Part shown: positions 18,784-27,716 of the stretch, one piece after another | How positions within the stretch are numbered: the first letter of the stretch is position 1 | How the letters are laid out: each line of letters starts with the position of its first letter | Origin: Candidatus Daviesbacteria bacterium | GTDB taxonomy: Bacteria; Patescibacteriota; Microgenomatia; Daviesbacterales; UBA10151 | Direction of reading: 5' to 3' | Length of the DNA stretch: 64,000 nt | Assembly (NCBI GenBank): GCA_016186955.1 | Contig: JACPKP010000004.1 | Location: 71,288 to 135,287, forward strand | Program-made: the position numbers and the translations under genes | Notes under the pieces: model-generated | Told to the model about the DNA's origin: nothing | What the model saw: only the letters and a program-made list of their open reading frames with translations | Database searches by the model: none

Positions 18784-20118
18784 ATGGTTCCAAATTATAT
18801 TGAGAGGCTTAAAATTCCCCATAAACCCGGTATTTATATTTTTAAAAGTAGGGACGGGAAAGTTTTATATGTGGGGAAAGCAGTAGACCTTTACCGCCGG
18901 GTTTCTTCCTACTTTAATGGCAGGAGTGTTGGCAATACTGCACATTTGGTAGAGAGAATCAGCAGTTTAAAGACAATAATAGTGGAATCAGAGCTTGAAG
19001 CGCTGATTTTAGAAGCCAATCTGATCAAAAAGTATCTACCTCCTTTTAATATCCGCCTTATTGATGATAAGGATTACCTTTATATTGCAGTCACTAAAGA
19101 GGATTTTCCTAAGGTGATAACAGCCAGAAAAAAAGACCTGAAGCCTATCAAAGAATGGTTTGGGCCTTTTCCTTCCGCAACAACTGTAAAATCAACGCTC
19201 AAACAGTTAAGAAGAGTTTTTCCATGGTGTAGCAACCCACCAAAAACACGGCAACGACCGTGTTTTTACTACCATATTGGTTTATGCCCAGGGGCATGCG
19301 TTGGCAAAATTTCCAAAGCTGACTATGCAATAACCATCAGGAGATTTTCCAAATTTATGAAAGGACAAAAGCAGGCGTTGTTAGATGAGCTGACAAGTAA
19401 TATGCAAAGGTTTGCAAAAAACCAGCAGTTTGAGGAGGCGCAAAAAGTTAAAAAAATAATAACAGGAATTGAGTACCTGACCCAAACCAACAGGGTGGCA
19501 AAATATCTGGAAAACCCCAATTTTTTAGAACAGGAAAACTTAGAAGCTCTTCATAACTTACAAAAGGATCTCAATTTACCAAAACTTCCGGTTAGAATTG
19601 AAGCTTATGATATCTCCAATATACAGGGTATGGAGGCGACAGGTTCAATGGTGGTTTTGACTGATGGTGAAATTGATAAATCCCAGTATAGGAAGTTTAA
19701 AATTAGGAGCTCCGGCAGGCCTAATGATGTGGGGATGCTACAGGAGATGATGGGAAGAAGGTTAAATCATCCAGAGTGGGGTATCCCGGACCTGATTTTA
19801 ATAGACGGAGGGAGAGGACAGGTGAGGGGAGTGTACAATGTCGTTCTGCAAAACGATCTAAAGATTGCTTCGTCCTCCGATGGACATCGGAGTCCTCGCA
19901 ATGACGTCATTGCGAGCGAAGCGAAGCAATCTATCCCCATTTTTGGTCTTGCAAAGCGGATGGAATGGCTTTATCCTTCCGAAGGCGAAGTAATTAAGCT
20001 GCCAAAAAGAAGCCTGTCTTTGCGCCTTTTGCAAAAGATCCGTGATGAGTCCCACAGGTTTGCAATAACTTACCACAGAAAATTAAGGCAAAAAAAATTT
20101 GGTTTAGTCACAAAGTAG
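18784..20118 (+). CDS. uvrC: excinuclease ABC subunit C (UvrC). This is a short form with GIY-YIG, UVR and RNase-H-like endonuclease domains and no C-terminal (HhH)2 domain. It carries an in-frame palindromic insert.
   Basis: 'PGIYIFKSRDGKVLYVGKAVDLYRRV' is GIY-YIG. 'FEEAQKVKKIITGIEYL' is the UVR domain. 'LILIDGGRGQ...FGLAKRMEW...RDESHRFAITYHRK' is the endonuclease domain. Confidence 0.85.
   Translation: MVPNYIERLKIPHKPGIYIFKSRDGKVLYVGKAVDLYRRVSSYFNGRSVGNTAHLVERISSLKTIIVESELEALILEANLIKKYLPPFNIRLIDDKDYLYIAVTKEDFPKVITARKKDLKPIKEWFGPFPSATTVKSTLKQLRRVFPWCSNPPKTRQRPCFYYHIGLCPGACVGKISKADYAITIRRFSKFMKGQKQALLDELTSNMQRFAKNQQFEEAQKVKKIITGIEYLTQTNRVAKYLENPNFLEQENLEALHNLQKDLNLPKLPVRIEAYDISNIQGMEATGSMVVLTDGEIDKSQYRKFKIRSSGRPNDVGMLQEMMGRRLNHPEWGIPDLILIDGGRGQVRGVYNVVLQNDLKIASSSDGHRSPRNDVIASEAKQSIPIFGLAKRMEWLYPSEGEVIKLPKRSLSLRLLQKIRDESHRFAITYHRKLRQKKFGLVTK
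19871..19941. repeat. 71-bp GC-rich nested-palindrome mini-element inserted in frame in uvrC (MITE/REP-like)
   Basis: Outer 11-bp inverted repeats are agattgcttcg / cgaagcaatct. Inner perfect palindromes are tccgatg-ga-catcgga and tcgcaatgacgtcattgcga. The insert encodes 'IASSSDGHRSPRNDVIASEAKQS', which is absent from the aligned region of canonical UvrC. Confidence 0.6.
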
Positions 20119-20124
20119 GTTATA

Positions 20125-20535
20125 ATGAAGCTTATGAAGATCCTTTTACGAAGTTTCCTGATACATCTGATCACCATTATCGCGGTAACAAAAATTTTAC
20201 CTGGGTTTACTTATACCGGAGGTATTAAAACTTTAATTATTGGTGCAATTGGGCTGATGATTATAAATTGGCTTATTATTCCGCTTTTAAAAATTATGTT
20301 CCTGCCTTTGAATTTGTTGACTCTAGGATTTTTTACTTGGGCTGTTAATGTGGTGGCGATCTATTTTTTGACTGTATTGGTGCCACAGCTTAAGATTATC
20401 CCTTACTTTTTTCAAGGAGCGGAGATAAACGGTTTTATCATCCCTCAGGTAGAACTAAATATTTTGATGGTGGCAATTTTGGCCTCATTTTTGGTAGGAT
20501 TAATATCACATGTTTTGCAGTGGTTGGTAAAGTAG
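20125..20535 (+). CDS. DUF360/YvlD-type (phage-holin family 4-like) small membrane protein
   Basis: Four predicted TM segments, with 'LTLGFFTWAVNVVAIYFL'. Confidence 0.55.
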   Translation: MKLMKILLRSFLIHLITIIAVTKILPGFTYTGGIKTLIIGAIGLMIINWLIIPLLKIMFLPLNLLTLGFFTWAVNVVAIYFLTVLVPQLKIIPYFFQGAEINGFIIPQVELNILMVAILASFLVGLISHVLQWLVK

Positions 20536-20536
20536 C

Positions 20537-20761
20537 ATGAACCATCAGATTATAGCTATTATTCAAATCATTTTAGGACTCCTTTTGACTGGTTTAATCC
20601 TGTTGCAATCTAAAGGCACAGGTTTAGGCTCCACTTTTGGGGGTGATATGGGTTTTTACGGTACAAAACGAGGGGCAGAAAAGATGCTTTTTATACTGAC
20701 TATTGTAACTGCATCACTTTTTCTAATAACCTCTATTTTGGCAGTTTTTATAGTTAGATGA
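20537..20761 (+). CDS. secG: preprotein translocase subunit SecG
   Basis: 'LLQSKGTGLGSTFGGDMGFYGTKRGAEKMLFILT' fits the SecG consensus. The protein is 74 aa with two TM segments. Confidence 0.7.
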   Translation: MNHQIIAIIQIILGLLLTGLILLQSKGTGLGSTFGGDMGFYGTKRGAEKMLFILTIVTASLFLITSILAVFIVR

Positions 20762-22140
20762 CATTTTTAAGGAAGATTCTTTTATCTTTGAAGGTATTCT
20801 GGCTTTTTTTAAAAAGGAAAAAAACAACCTTTTTGATCTTTTTGTTTTTAATCACTGTGTTATCTGTGGGGATTTTTACCTTGAAAGATGATATTGTCAG
20901 GTCTTCAATTACAGAAGGAATAGTCGGGACTTATACGGAGAAAGATTTACCGGTTATTGTCACCAGCCTTTTATCCCAAAGCCTTTTTGTATCGGGGAAA
21001 AACGGTTTTACTAAACCCAATCTTGCTTCATCACTCCAAACCAACAATGATGCAACAGTTTTTACGGTGACACTCAAAAATAACCTTCATTGGGTTGACG
21101 GCACAGACCTGACCACCCAGGATATAGAATTTTCCATCCCTGATGTGGAAGTAAAAACCAGGGATAATAAAACTATCGAATTTAAATTGGCTGATTCTTT
21201 CAGCCCTTTTCCCACGCTTTTAACAAAGCCAATCTTTAAGAAAAATACCAATATTGGACTTGGGCCATACAGGATAGAAAGTATCCAAAAAGATAAAATA
21301 TTTATTAAAAAGATTATGCTTAAACCTGTGGGAAAAGATATGCCGGATATAGTTATCAGGTTTTATCCAAATGAGAGGATAGCAAAAGAAGCGTTAAGGT
21401 TGGGGGAGGTGCATGTTTTACTGGGTGTCCAAGAACTTGAAGACCTGCAAAAAGAAAAAACACTAAATATGATATCAAAACCAAACTACCAACAGCTGGT
21501 TACAATATTTTATAATACCAAAGACCCGGTGCTCTCAGATGAGAATTTGAGGACAGCATTAAGTTTTCAGGCGCCCAGTATTAAAGGTGAGGCAGAGGCA
21601 AAAAGCCCGATACCTCCTTTCTCTTTTGCATTCAGGGACGATGTTAGGGATTATCTTGATAATTATGAACAGGCAAGGTTAAGTTTTACCAAAGTCCGGA
21701 AAACAGATAAGATCGTTTTGACATCAACCAATTCATTAAAAGGGGTTGGAGAACAGGTTATTGCAGCTTGGAAAAAGTTAGGGGTTGATGCGGTTTTAAG
21801 GGTAGAAAGCGGAGTGCCTCAGAACTTTCAGGCTCTACTTATTGCCCAAAACATCCCGCTCGATCCTGACCAATACTCGCTTTGGCATTCAACACAGGCC
21901 CTGACAAATATATCAAAATTTTCATCACCAAGGGTTGATAAAGACTTAGAAGACGGTAGAAAGATAATAGACCCGGAGGTCAGGAAGCAGAAATACCAGG
22001 ATTTTCAGAAAGTTTTACTGGACCATCCCCCCGCAACCTTTTTATATTTCCCCAAATATAACATTGTTTACAGGAAAAAAGTTGAGGGAATGCTTACAAA
22101 GATAATAAAACTTCAGCTGCCTCAATTTTTCCAGGAATGA
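20758..22140 (+). CDS. membrane-anchored solute-binding protein, ABC substrate-binding family 5 (peptide/nickel type, tentative)
   Basis: An N-terminal TM segment is followed by an SBP_bac_5-like region ('TVTLKNNLHWVDGTDLTTQDIEFS'). Confidence 0.5.
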   Translation: MTFLRKILLSLKVFWLFLKRKKTTFLIFLFLITVLSVGIFTLKDDIVRSSITEGIVGTYTEKDLPVIVTSLLSQSLFVSGKNGFTKPNLASSLQTNNDATVFTVTLKNNLHWVDGTDLTTQDIEFSIPDVEVKTRDNKTIEFKLADSFSPFPTLLTKPIFKKNTNIGLGPYRIESIQKDKIFIKKIMLKPVGKDMPDIVIRFYPNERIAKEALRLGEVHVLLGVQELEDLQKEKTLNMISKPNYQQLVTIFYNTKDPVLSDENLRTALSFQAPSIKGEAEAKSPIPPFSFAFRDDVRDYLDNYEQARLSFTKVRKTDKIVLTSTNSLKGVGEQVIAAWKKLGVDAVLRVESGVPQNFQALLIAQNIPLDPDQYSLWHSTQALTNISKFSSPRVDKDLEDGRKIIDPEVRKQKYQDFQKVLLDHPPATFLYFPKYNIVYRKKVEGMLTKIIKLQLPQFFQE

Positions 22141-23172
22141 TTATCTACTCCTATTTATCAAGAAATCTGAAAGCCCGTTTAAAAGTAACTGGTTTAACCG
22201 GTTTTTTGTAATGGCGGGGATGATTTTTTTAGCATTTGTGGTATAGGCTAAAGCTTTATTTTCAGCATATTCCAGCGCTCCGCACCGGGTAAATATTTGC
22301 CTGGTCTCCAGGAAGTTTTTTGGACTGATTTTGCCTTTGCCGTAATTCTTTTTGATAAAATCTCTCTGTTTTTGGTTTGCATTTTGCAGCGCATAGGTCA
22401 AAAGAAGTGTATTTTTGCCTTCCTCAATATCAGAAGTGACGGATTTACCAAGAGTCTTTTCATCTCCGAACACCCCTAAAATATCATCTTTAATCTGATA
22501 GGCTATCCCCAAGTTTTTTCCGAAAAGCTCCAGGTTTTTCAAAAAACTTTCAGAAGCTCCTCCCAGTATTGCACCCACCAGCAGGGGTCCTATAATTGAA
22601 TATTTTGCAGTTTTTAAGTTGTAAATACCAATTACATCCTTTTCCCGGGGATTTTTTTGCCGGGGCAGTTCTATATCAAGCATTTGCCCGAAGGCGGTAT
22701 TGATGCATGTTAAGTTAAATAGGTCAATCGCCTTATTTTTCCTGCTGGTGTGAAAATTACTTGAGTTTAAAAGTTCTATGGCAAGGAATATGCCAAAATC
22801 TCCAAGACAAATAGCCTGTGAAATACCGTAATGATTTCCTCCCAAACTTTGATATAAACTTTTCCTGCCCCTTCTGAGAATACTCCGGTCTATAATGTCA
22901 TCATGCGCTAGAAGCGAGCTGTGAAGTGTTTCATAGGCGGCAGCTGCCTGAAGTATTGATCCATTTTTTGGAGCTTTTGTCAGCTCATATCCTAATTTCA
23001 CAAGGACTCCCCTAAGGTATTTCCCCCTTTTAAGACTGCCAATAAAGAGTTTTATAAACTGGGAAAGTTTGGGATTTATTATACCCGCCTGTTTTGCCCA
23101 AAATGACAAGTTTTTCACAGCCTCTTTTTCTATTTCGGTTTTTGATTTATGAAGGTAATAGTCAAAATTCAC
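22141..23172 (-). CDS. polyprenyl diphosphate synthase (trans-isoprenyl diphosphate synthase family)
   Basis: The FARM motif is 'LLAHDDIIDRS' and the SARM motif is 'YQIKDDILGVFGDE'. Confidence 0.85.
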   Translation of the reverse strand: MNFDYYLHKSKTEIEKEAVKNLSFWAKQAGIINPKLSQFIKLFIGSLKRGKYLRGVLVKLGYELTKAPKNGSILQAAAAYETLHSSLLAHDDIIDRSILRRGRKSLYQSLGGNHYGISQAICLGDFGIFLAIELLNSSNFHTSRKNKAIDLFNLTCINTAFGQMLDIELPRQKNPREKDVIGIYNLKTAKYSIIGPLLVGAILGGASESFLKNLELFGKNLGIAYQIKDDILGVFGDEKTLGKSVTSDIEEGKNTLLLTYALQNANQKQRDFIKKNYGKGKISPKNFLETRQIFTRCGALEYAENKALAYTTNAKKIIPAITKNRLNQLLLNGLSDFLINRSR

Positions 23173-23257
23173 TTTCGCGAAAGTTTAGCATGATAGGTAT
23201 TTTTATGCAAATTGACCCGTTGATTTTTAAATTAAAGATTGGTATCTTTCGGTTTAG

Positions 23258-24616
23258 ATGCTTGAACTTTCTCCGGACAATTTGAGAGTCCCTAAGCTTT
23301 CCCGTCCCGTTTATGCCATCGGCGGCGGGTTAACGGATTTCCGCAAATTTTACCCTGAAAAACAAAGTACCGAGCTTTGCATGGAAGCTGCCAAAATGGC
23401 TGTTACCGAAGATTTGGGAATGGGTGTGAAAGAATTTAAACAATTGGTGAATTTCTCCGTATATTCCCAATTTGCTGACCATTTTGGCGACCAGCTTCTG
23501 GCAGCAGCCAAAATTCATGATTATCTGGGGTTTGACCCTCTGGGAAATATAGAGGTCAAAACAGGCGGGGCAACGGGTGGTTCATCTGTTTTGGCAGGAA
23601 TTATGGCAGTTGCCTCAGGTTATGCGTCGCTGGTGCCGGTAATTGGGTGGGAGCGGATGGACGAGGTTGACACCAAGCAGGGAAATTCTTATATCGCCTC
23701 GGCAGCTTGCAAAGATTTTGAATCCGAGCTGGGGTGGCTTTATGCCACATACTATGCCCTGATGATGCAAAGGTACCTGTATGAATATTCTCCAAATAGG
23801 GAAACCCTTGCTAAAATCGCCCAAAAAAATCACCATTATGCCAAGTTTTCTCCCTACTCGCAGTTGCCTGGAGATCTTACCCTGGAACAAATAATGGAGT
23901 CAAAGATTGTCTCTGACCCGTTAACATTCCCCGAATGCTGTGCTATGAGTGTCGGTGCCGCCTGCATAATTTTGGCTGATGAAGAAACTGCATTTAAACT
24001 GACTGATAAACCGGTTAAAGTTGTGGGGGTTGGCTCTGGTTCACATACTTTAAGAACTGCAGACAGAAGGAATATGCCTGTTCTGCTGCTTCCCAACGAA
24101 GACCAAGGGCTTTATAAGGATAGGGAAAATGAATGGCCCGGGTTTACCAGTTTCCTGGCAGCGAGAATGGCGGCGTATCTTTCATATAATATGGCAGGTA
24201 TCAAGGATCCGGTTGAAGATTTGGATATTTTGGAAACGCACGATGCATTTACGGTTTCCGATATACAGACATATGAAGATATCGGCTTGAGGCCTTATGG
24301 ACAGGGACAGGAATTTGTAGAAAGCGGTGAAGCATATTTGGAAGGTAAACTTCCCACCAATCTTTCGGGAGGGCTTTTGGGGACTATGCACTCGGTTGGG
24401 GCAACCGGAATATACCAGCTAGTGGAGGTCATGTGGCAGTTGAAAGGGGAGTGGGACAAATTCCATGGTGATGAAAAATATTGGCAGAAGTATGGTAAAA
24501 GGAAGCCCGTGGATTTTAAAAGCCTGCAGGTTGACAATCCCAGGCGGGGAATGGCGATCAGCCATGCAGGGACCGGTTCGCATGTAACTTCCATAATTTT
24601 TGAGAGGGGGTGGTGA
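23258..24616 (+). CDS. thiolase-like protein, archaeal-type acetoacetyl-CoA thiolase that partners with DUF35
   Basis: 'VYAIGGGLTDF' and a thiolase-fold C-terminus. The DUF35 gene follows immediately. Confidence 0.65.
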   Translation: MLELSPDNLRVPKLSRPVYAIGGGLTDFRKFYPEKQSTELCMEAAKMAVTEDLGMGVKEFKQLVNFSVYSQFADHFGDQLLAAAKIHDYLGFDPLGNIEVKTGGATGGSSVLAGIMAVASGYASLVPVIGWERMDEVDTKQGNSYIASAACKDFESELGWLYATYYALMMQRYLYEYSPNRETLAKIAQKNHHYAKFSPYSQLPGDLTLEQIMESKIVSDPLTFPECCAMSVGAACIILADEETAFKLTDKPVKVVGVGSGSHTLRTADRRNMPVLLLPNEDQGLYKDRENEWPGFTSFLAARMAAYLSYNMAGIKDPVEDLDILETHDAFTVSDIQTYEDIGLRPYGQGQEFVESGEAYLEGKLPTNLSGGLLGTMHSVGATGIYQLVEVMWQLKGEWDKFHGDEKYWQKYGKRKPVDFKSLQVDNPRRGMAISHAGTGSHVTSIIFERGW

Positions 24617-25134
24617 TGGAAAGACAAAAAGTTGACATCTCAAAATTTAAGAAGGTTGAGCTGATAAAAAAACTTTTCAGGGAAGATGTGCCTGAGGGGG
24701 TAATTGTCAGGCCCAACCCCAAAGATTACAACCACTACCACTCATACGGTGGTCTGTCGCCTTTTTTTGAAGGACTAACAAAAGGAAAACTGTTAGGGAC
24801 TGAATGCCAAAACTGCCGAAATACAGGTTTATGGCTTCCGCCAAGGGTGGATTGCCCTGATTGTTGGGAAAAGACGGAGTGGAGGGATGTTGATACAAAA
24901 GATGCAAAAGTTTATACATATTCTGTTACCAATTACCCTGGTGCAGGTTTTAAAGCCACAGTTCCCTGTCCGCTGATTTCACTGGAGATACCCGGGGTTT
25001 GTACTAAATTTATGAGCTACCTATCTGAGTTTGGAGAGGGTGAGCCTTACATAGGTATGCCTGTCAAGCCAAAATTCAGGATCAGAAAACCCACCTACAC
25101 AATTTTAGACATCAGCTGGGTGCCTACCAGCTAA
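24616..25134 (+). CDS. DUF35 OB-fold/zinc-ribbon protein (thiolase/HMG-CoA synthase scaffold protein)
   Basis: 'CQNCRNTGLWLPPRVDCPDCW' is the Zn ribbon. 'VYTYSVTNY' marks the OB fold. Confidence 0.65.
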   Translation: MERQKVDISKFKKVELIKKLFREDVPEGVIVRPNPKDYNHYHSYGGLSPFFEGLTKGKLLGTECQNCRNTGLWLPPRVDCPDCWEKTEWRDVDTKDAKVYTYSVTNYPGAGFKATVPCPLISLEIPGVCTKFMSYLSEFGEGEPYIGMPVKPKFRIRKPTYTILDISWVPTS

Positions 25135-25202
25135 TATGCCGATACAGTTTACATAAGACCACCTTCCAGGAGTCAGGGCTCACCTGGAAGGTGGTATAAG
25201 CG

Positions 25203-26333
25203 TCATGGTTTTTTTTGGATTGAAAGAGTTGATTGTTTCATCTCATCCAAAATTCTTATTGCTTCAGCCTTGGTGGCAAACCTGGGCTGGGCGTAATTTT
25301 CAATAATAACCGGATAAAATTTTACATCCTCAAGGCTGTTTTTATTAAAGGTATATTTTCCTAAAACCCCTTCCCTAGTTTTTTGGCTCCATTCCTGGTC
25401 AAACACAAAATTGCCATGGGCATAGGTTATAAACTTATCCTGGTACTTTTCAACCCCCTGCACCCAATGGGGATGGTTGCCGATAATAAGGTCTGCTCCC
25501 GAATCTATGGCGAGATGGGCTAAATCCCTCTGCCTTTGATTGGGTACCGGGGTGTATTCAATACCCCAATGGAATGTCACTATTAAAAAATCAACCTGGG
25601 GCCGCAGGGTCTGTATCTCCTTTTGGATTGTCTCTTCCTTGGCCCAGGAGATGCCGGGCTCCTGATGTCCGATGTCGTTATAGCCTAAAAAGCCGAATTT
25701 TTTATCCCGTATGGTTAATACTGCAGGATTGCCGTTTCCGGTAACCTGTATGCGGTTTTTTTCAAGAAGTGCAGTTGTGTAGTTTACTCCATCTGAACCG
25801 TGATTGCCTGCATGGTTATTGGCGATGCTGGCAACAGTTACTCCGGCAAATTTCAAACCTTCAATATTCCTTAAATCTCCGCAAAAAATCATTCCCTCAT
25901 CTGTAAGCGGGCAGTTTGGGATAAGCGGGGATTCAAGGTTAATAAATACGGCATCTGCGCTTTTTAAAAAATCGGCTGTTTTTTCAAAAGGATATTTGAA
26001 ATTGTCCAATCTGACTACTTTTGAATTGACGCTTCTGGCAGGGATAACATCCCCTGTGGCAATTATTGTATATTGGTCAAGGTCATTTTTTGAGATTTTG
26101 CCGGGATCTGTATAGGTGAAAATCCGGTCAAGTGATATTTGAGGTGGGGATTTTGTTGTAGGTTTTGCCGAGGAGGCAGGTAAAAGATTCGGAGAGATGA
26201 TTTTTACCAAGGGATTAGAAAGCGGGTGGGATTTGTCAGCAGATACCAAGAGATAGATGCCGGAAGTCAGAAATATTGTAATACATAAAAAAATTACCAG
26301 AATTAAAAGCGCGTTACCTTTTTGGTAAGTCAT
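25203..26333 (-). CDS. CapA/PGA_cap-family metallophosphatase-like protein (capsule/poly-gamma-glutamate synthesis family)
   Basis: 'IATGDVIPARSVN...FINLESPL...IANNHAGNHGSDG...GNHPHWVQG' is present, with an N-terminal TM anchor. Confidence 0.8.
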   Translation of the reverse strand: MTYQKGNALLILVIFLCITIFLTSGIYLLVSADKSHPLSNPLVKIISPNLLPASSAKPTTKSPPQISLDRIFTYTDPGKISKNDLDQYTIIATGDVIPARSVNSKVVRLDNFKYPFEKTADFLKSADAVFINLESPLIPNCPLTDEGMIFCGDLRNIEGLKFAGVTVASIANNHAGNHGSDGVNYTTALLEKNRIQVTGNGNPAVLTIRDKKFGFLGYNDIGHQEPGISWAKEETIQKEIQTLRPQVDFLIVTFHWGIEYTPVPNQRQRDLAHLAIDSGADLIIGNHPHWVQGVEKYQDKFITYAHGNFVFDQEWSQKTREGVLGKYTFNKNSLEDVKFYPVIIENYAQPRFATKAEAIRILDEMKQSTLSIQKKP

Positions 26334-26388
26334 TAACTAAACTATTTCACTTTCCAGCATTAAGATCAAGGGCACTGATATCTGGTAA

Positions 26389-26475
26389 CCCCGGAGCTGC
26401 AATATACCCCACATTCAGTTACATGAACGTGGAGCGAACGCTCAATATCTGTGAACCGCCTCAGACTAGAATCGA
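26389..26475. repeat. decayed copy of the tRNA-Lys 3' end plus ~55 bp of flanking sequence (att-like direct repeat)
   Basis: 'ccccggagctgcaatatacc...gagcgaacgctcaatatctgtgaaccgcctc...atcgaacacc' matches 27295-27375. Confidence 0.55.
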
Positions 26476-26490
26476 ACACCTTCTCTCCCA

Positions 26491-27213
26491 CTATAGTTTT
26501 TTGATTGTCGGAAGGACATTAGGCCATAAAACTTTTCCTGTGTTATCGTAAATAGGAACTCTGGCTGTAGGACTTTTTGTAGTAGCCGCTAACATGTTAT
26601 CTTTGGCCATTTGAACTAGTTCTTCAAAAGAGAGAACCTTCCCATAAACTGTAGTCATAATATCATTGATTGTTCCCCGCTCACCTGTGCTTTTGAGTGG
26701 TATATTTCTAATAGTGGTATCTCCTAGACTCCTTGCATAATTAGAGCCTCCGAACTTGCCCTCTAATTCTCTTTGGTATAATTCACCAACTACCTTATCT
26801 AAAACTACTCCTTGAATGGATGATAAAGGAACCATATTCGCCCTTTTATGCCCAAGGGGTATTAAAGGATGGTCTTTTACTAAATGAGGTGTTACTGTGC
26901 TATCTATGAGAAGGTAGGTGTCATAAAGACCTCTCCAAGTTAATCCCTTACCAGCAAATGCATTTTCTTGGGTTTCTTCTATGTATATATAGTCACCAGC
27001 ATCTCTACGAGTAGCAGCTTTTCCACCAGATGTGCCAAGATAACCGGCAACAGCCTGTTCCGACTCGGGAGTTAGGCCTGTGCTAAAAATACCAGTTAGA
27101 TTTTCTACAAATGTACCATGGACAATTAATCCTGGTTTTTGTATATCTATGATTTTACTTTTAACTTCTTCTTCCCAATTAGCATGAGGCAGCTCGTCTG
27201 ACAGTAGGTACAT
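26491..27213 (-). CDS. hypothetical protein, a single-gene islet bracketed by tRNA-Lys 3'-end repeats
   Basis: 240-aa ORF with no recognised motif. Confidence 0.45.
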   Translation of the reverse strand: MYLLSDELPHANWEEEVKSKIIDIQKPGLIVHGTFVENLTGIFSTGLTPESEQAVAGYLGTSGGKAATRRDAGDYIYIEETQENAFAGKGLTWRGLYDTYLLIDSTVTPHLVKDHPLIPLGHKRANMVPLSSIQGVVLDKVVGELYQRELEGKFGGSNYARSLGDTTIRNIPLKSTGERGTINDIMTTVYGKVLSFEELVQMAKDNMLAATTKSPTARVPIYDNTGKVLWPNVLPTIKKL

Positions 27214-27240
27214 CAGGTGATTATATCAAAACCAAACTGT

Positions 27241-27257
27241 GAGCCGCCTCGGGATCG
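27241..27257. repeat. second short copy of the tRNA-Lys 3' end ('gagccgcctcgggatcg')
   Basis: Identical to 27352-27368, as read from the sequence. Confidence 0.5.
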
Positions 27258-27350
27258 TTAGTAGTACGGCGAGGCAAGAGGGAGTCTGATGTGACCCCGG
27301 AGCGACAATATACCACTCACCTGCGGTGAGTAGCGAACGCTCAATATCAG

Positions 27351-27424
27351 TGAGCCGCCTCGGGATCGAACCGAGAACCTACTCCTTAAGAGGGAGTTGC
27401 TCTAGCCAATTGAGCTAGCGGCCC
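27351..27424 (-). tRNA. tRNA-Lys (anticodon CUU)
   Basis: The reverse complement is GGGCCGCTAGCTCAATTGGCTAGAGCAACTCCCTCTTAAGGAGTAGGTTCTCGGTTCGATCCCGAGGCGGCTCA. It folds as a cloverleaf with anticodon loop CTCTTAA. CCA is not encoded. Confidence 0.85.
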
Positions 27425-27427
27425 AAA

Positions 27428-27628
27428 CTATTCATCTGCTTCATCTTCTGTCAGATCCTTCCGGGAGTCTAGTTCTTTCAGGTTGCCATCAGGATCCGGT
27501 CTTAGCCCTGCTTGTTCTAGCGCCTGATCCACATCAACTACATCCTCAGACGGTTCACCCTCTGCCTGTTCGTCTAGCTTTTGGAGCACATCATGTTTTT
27601 GCTCTTCACTGTTATCCAGGCCAATCAC
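27428..27628 (-). CDS. hypothetical acidic small protein
   Basis: 66-aa Asp/Glu-rich ORF of low complexity. Confidence 0.2.
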   Translation of the reverse strand: MIGLDNSEEQKHDVLQKLDEQAEGEPSEDVVDVDQALEQAGLRPDPDGNLKELDSRKDLTEDEADE

Positions 27629-27716
27629 CTCCGATCTGTGGTAATTGTACCAAAGATCAAACTAAAATTGTACGATAGTTGAAGATTGGTTATAATAATT
27701 TAAGATACTTAAATTA

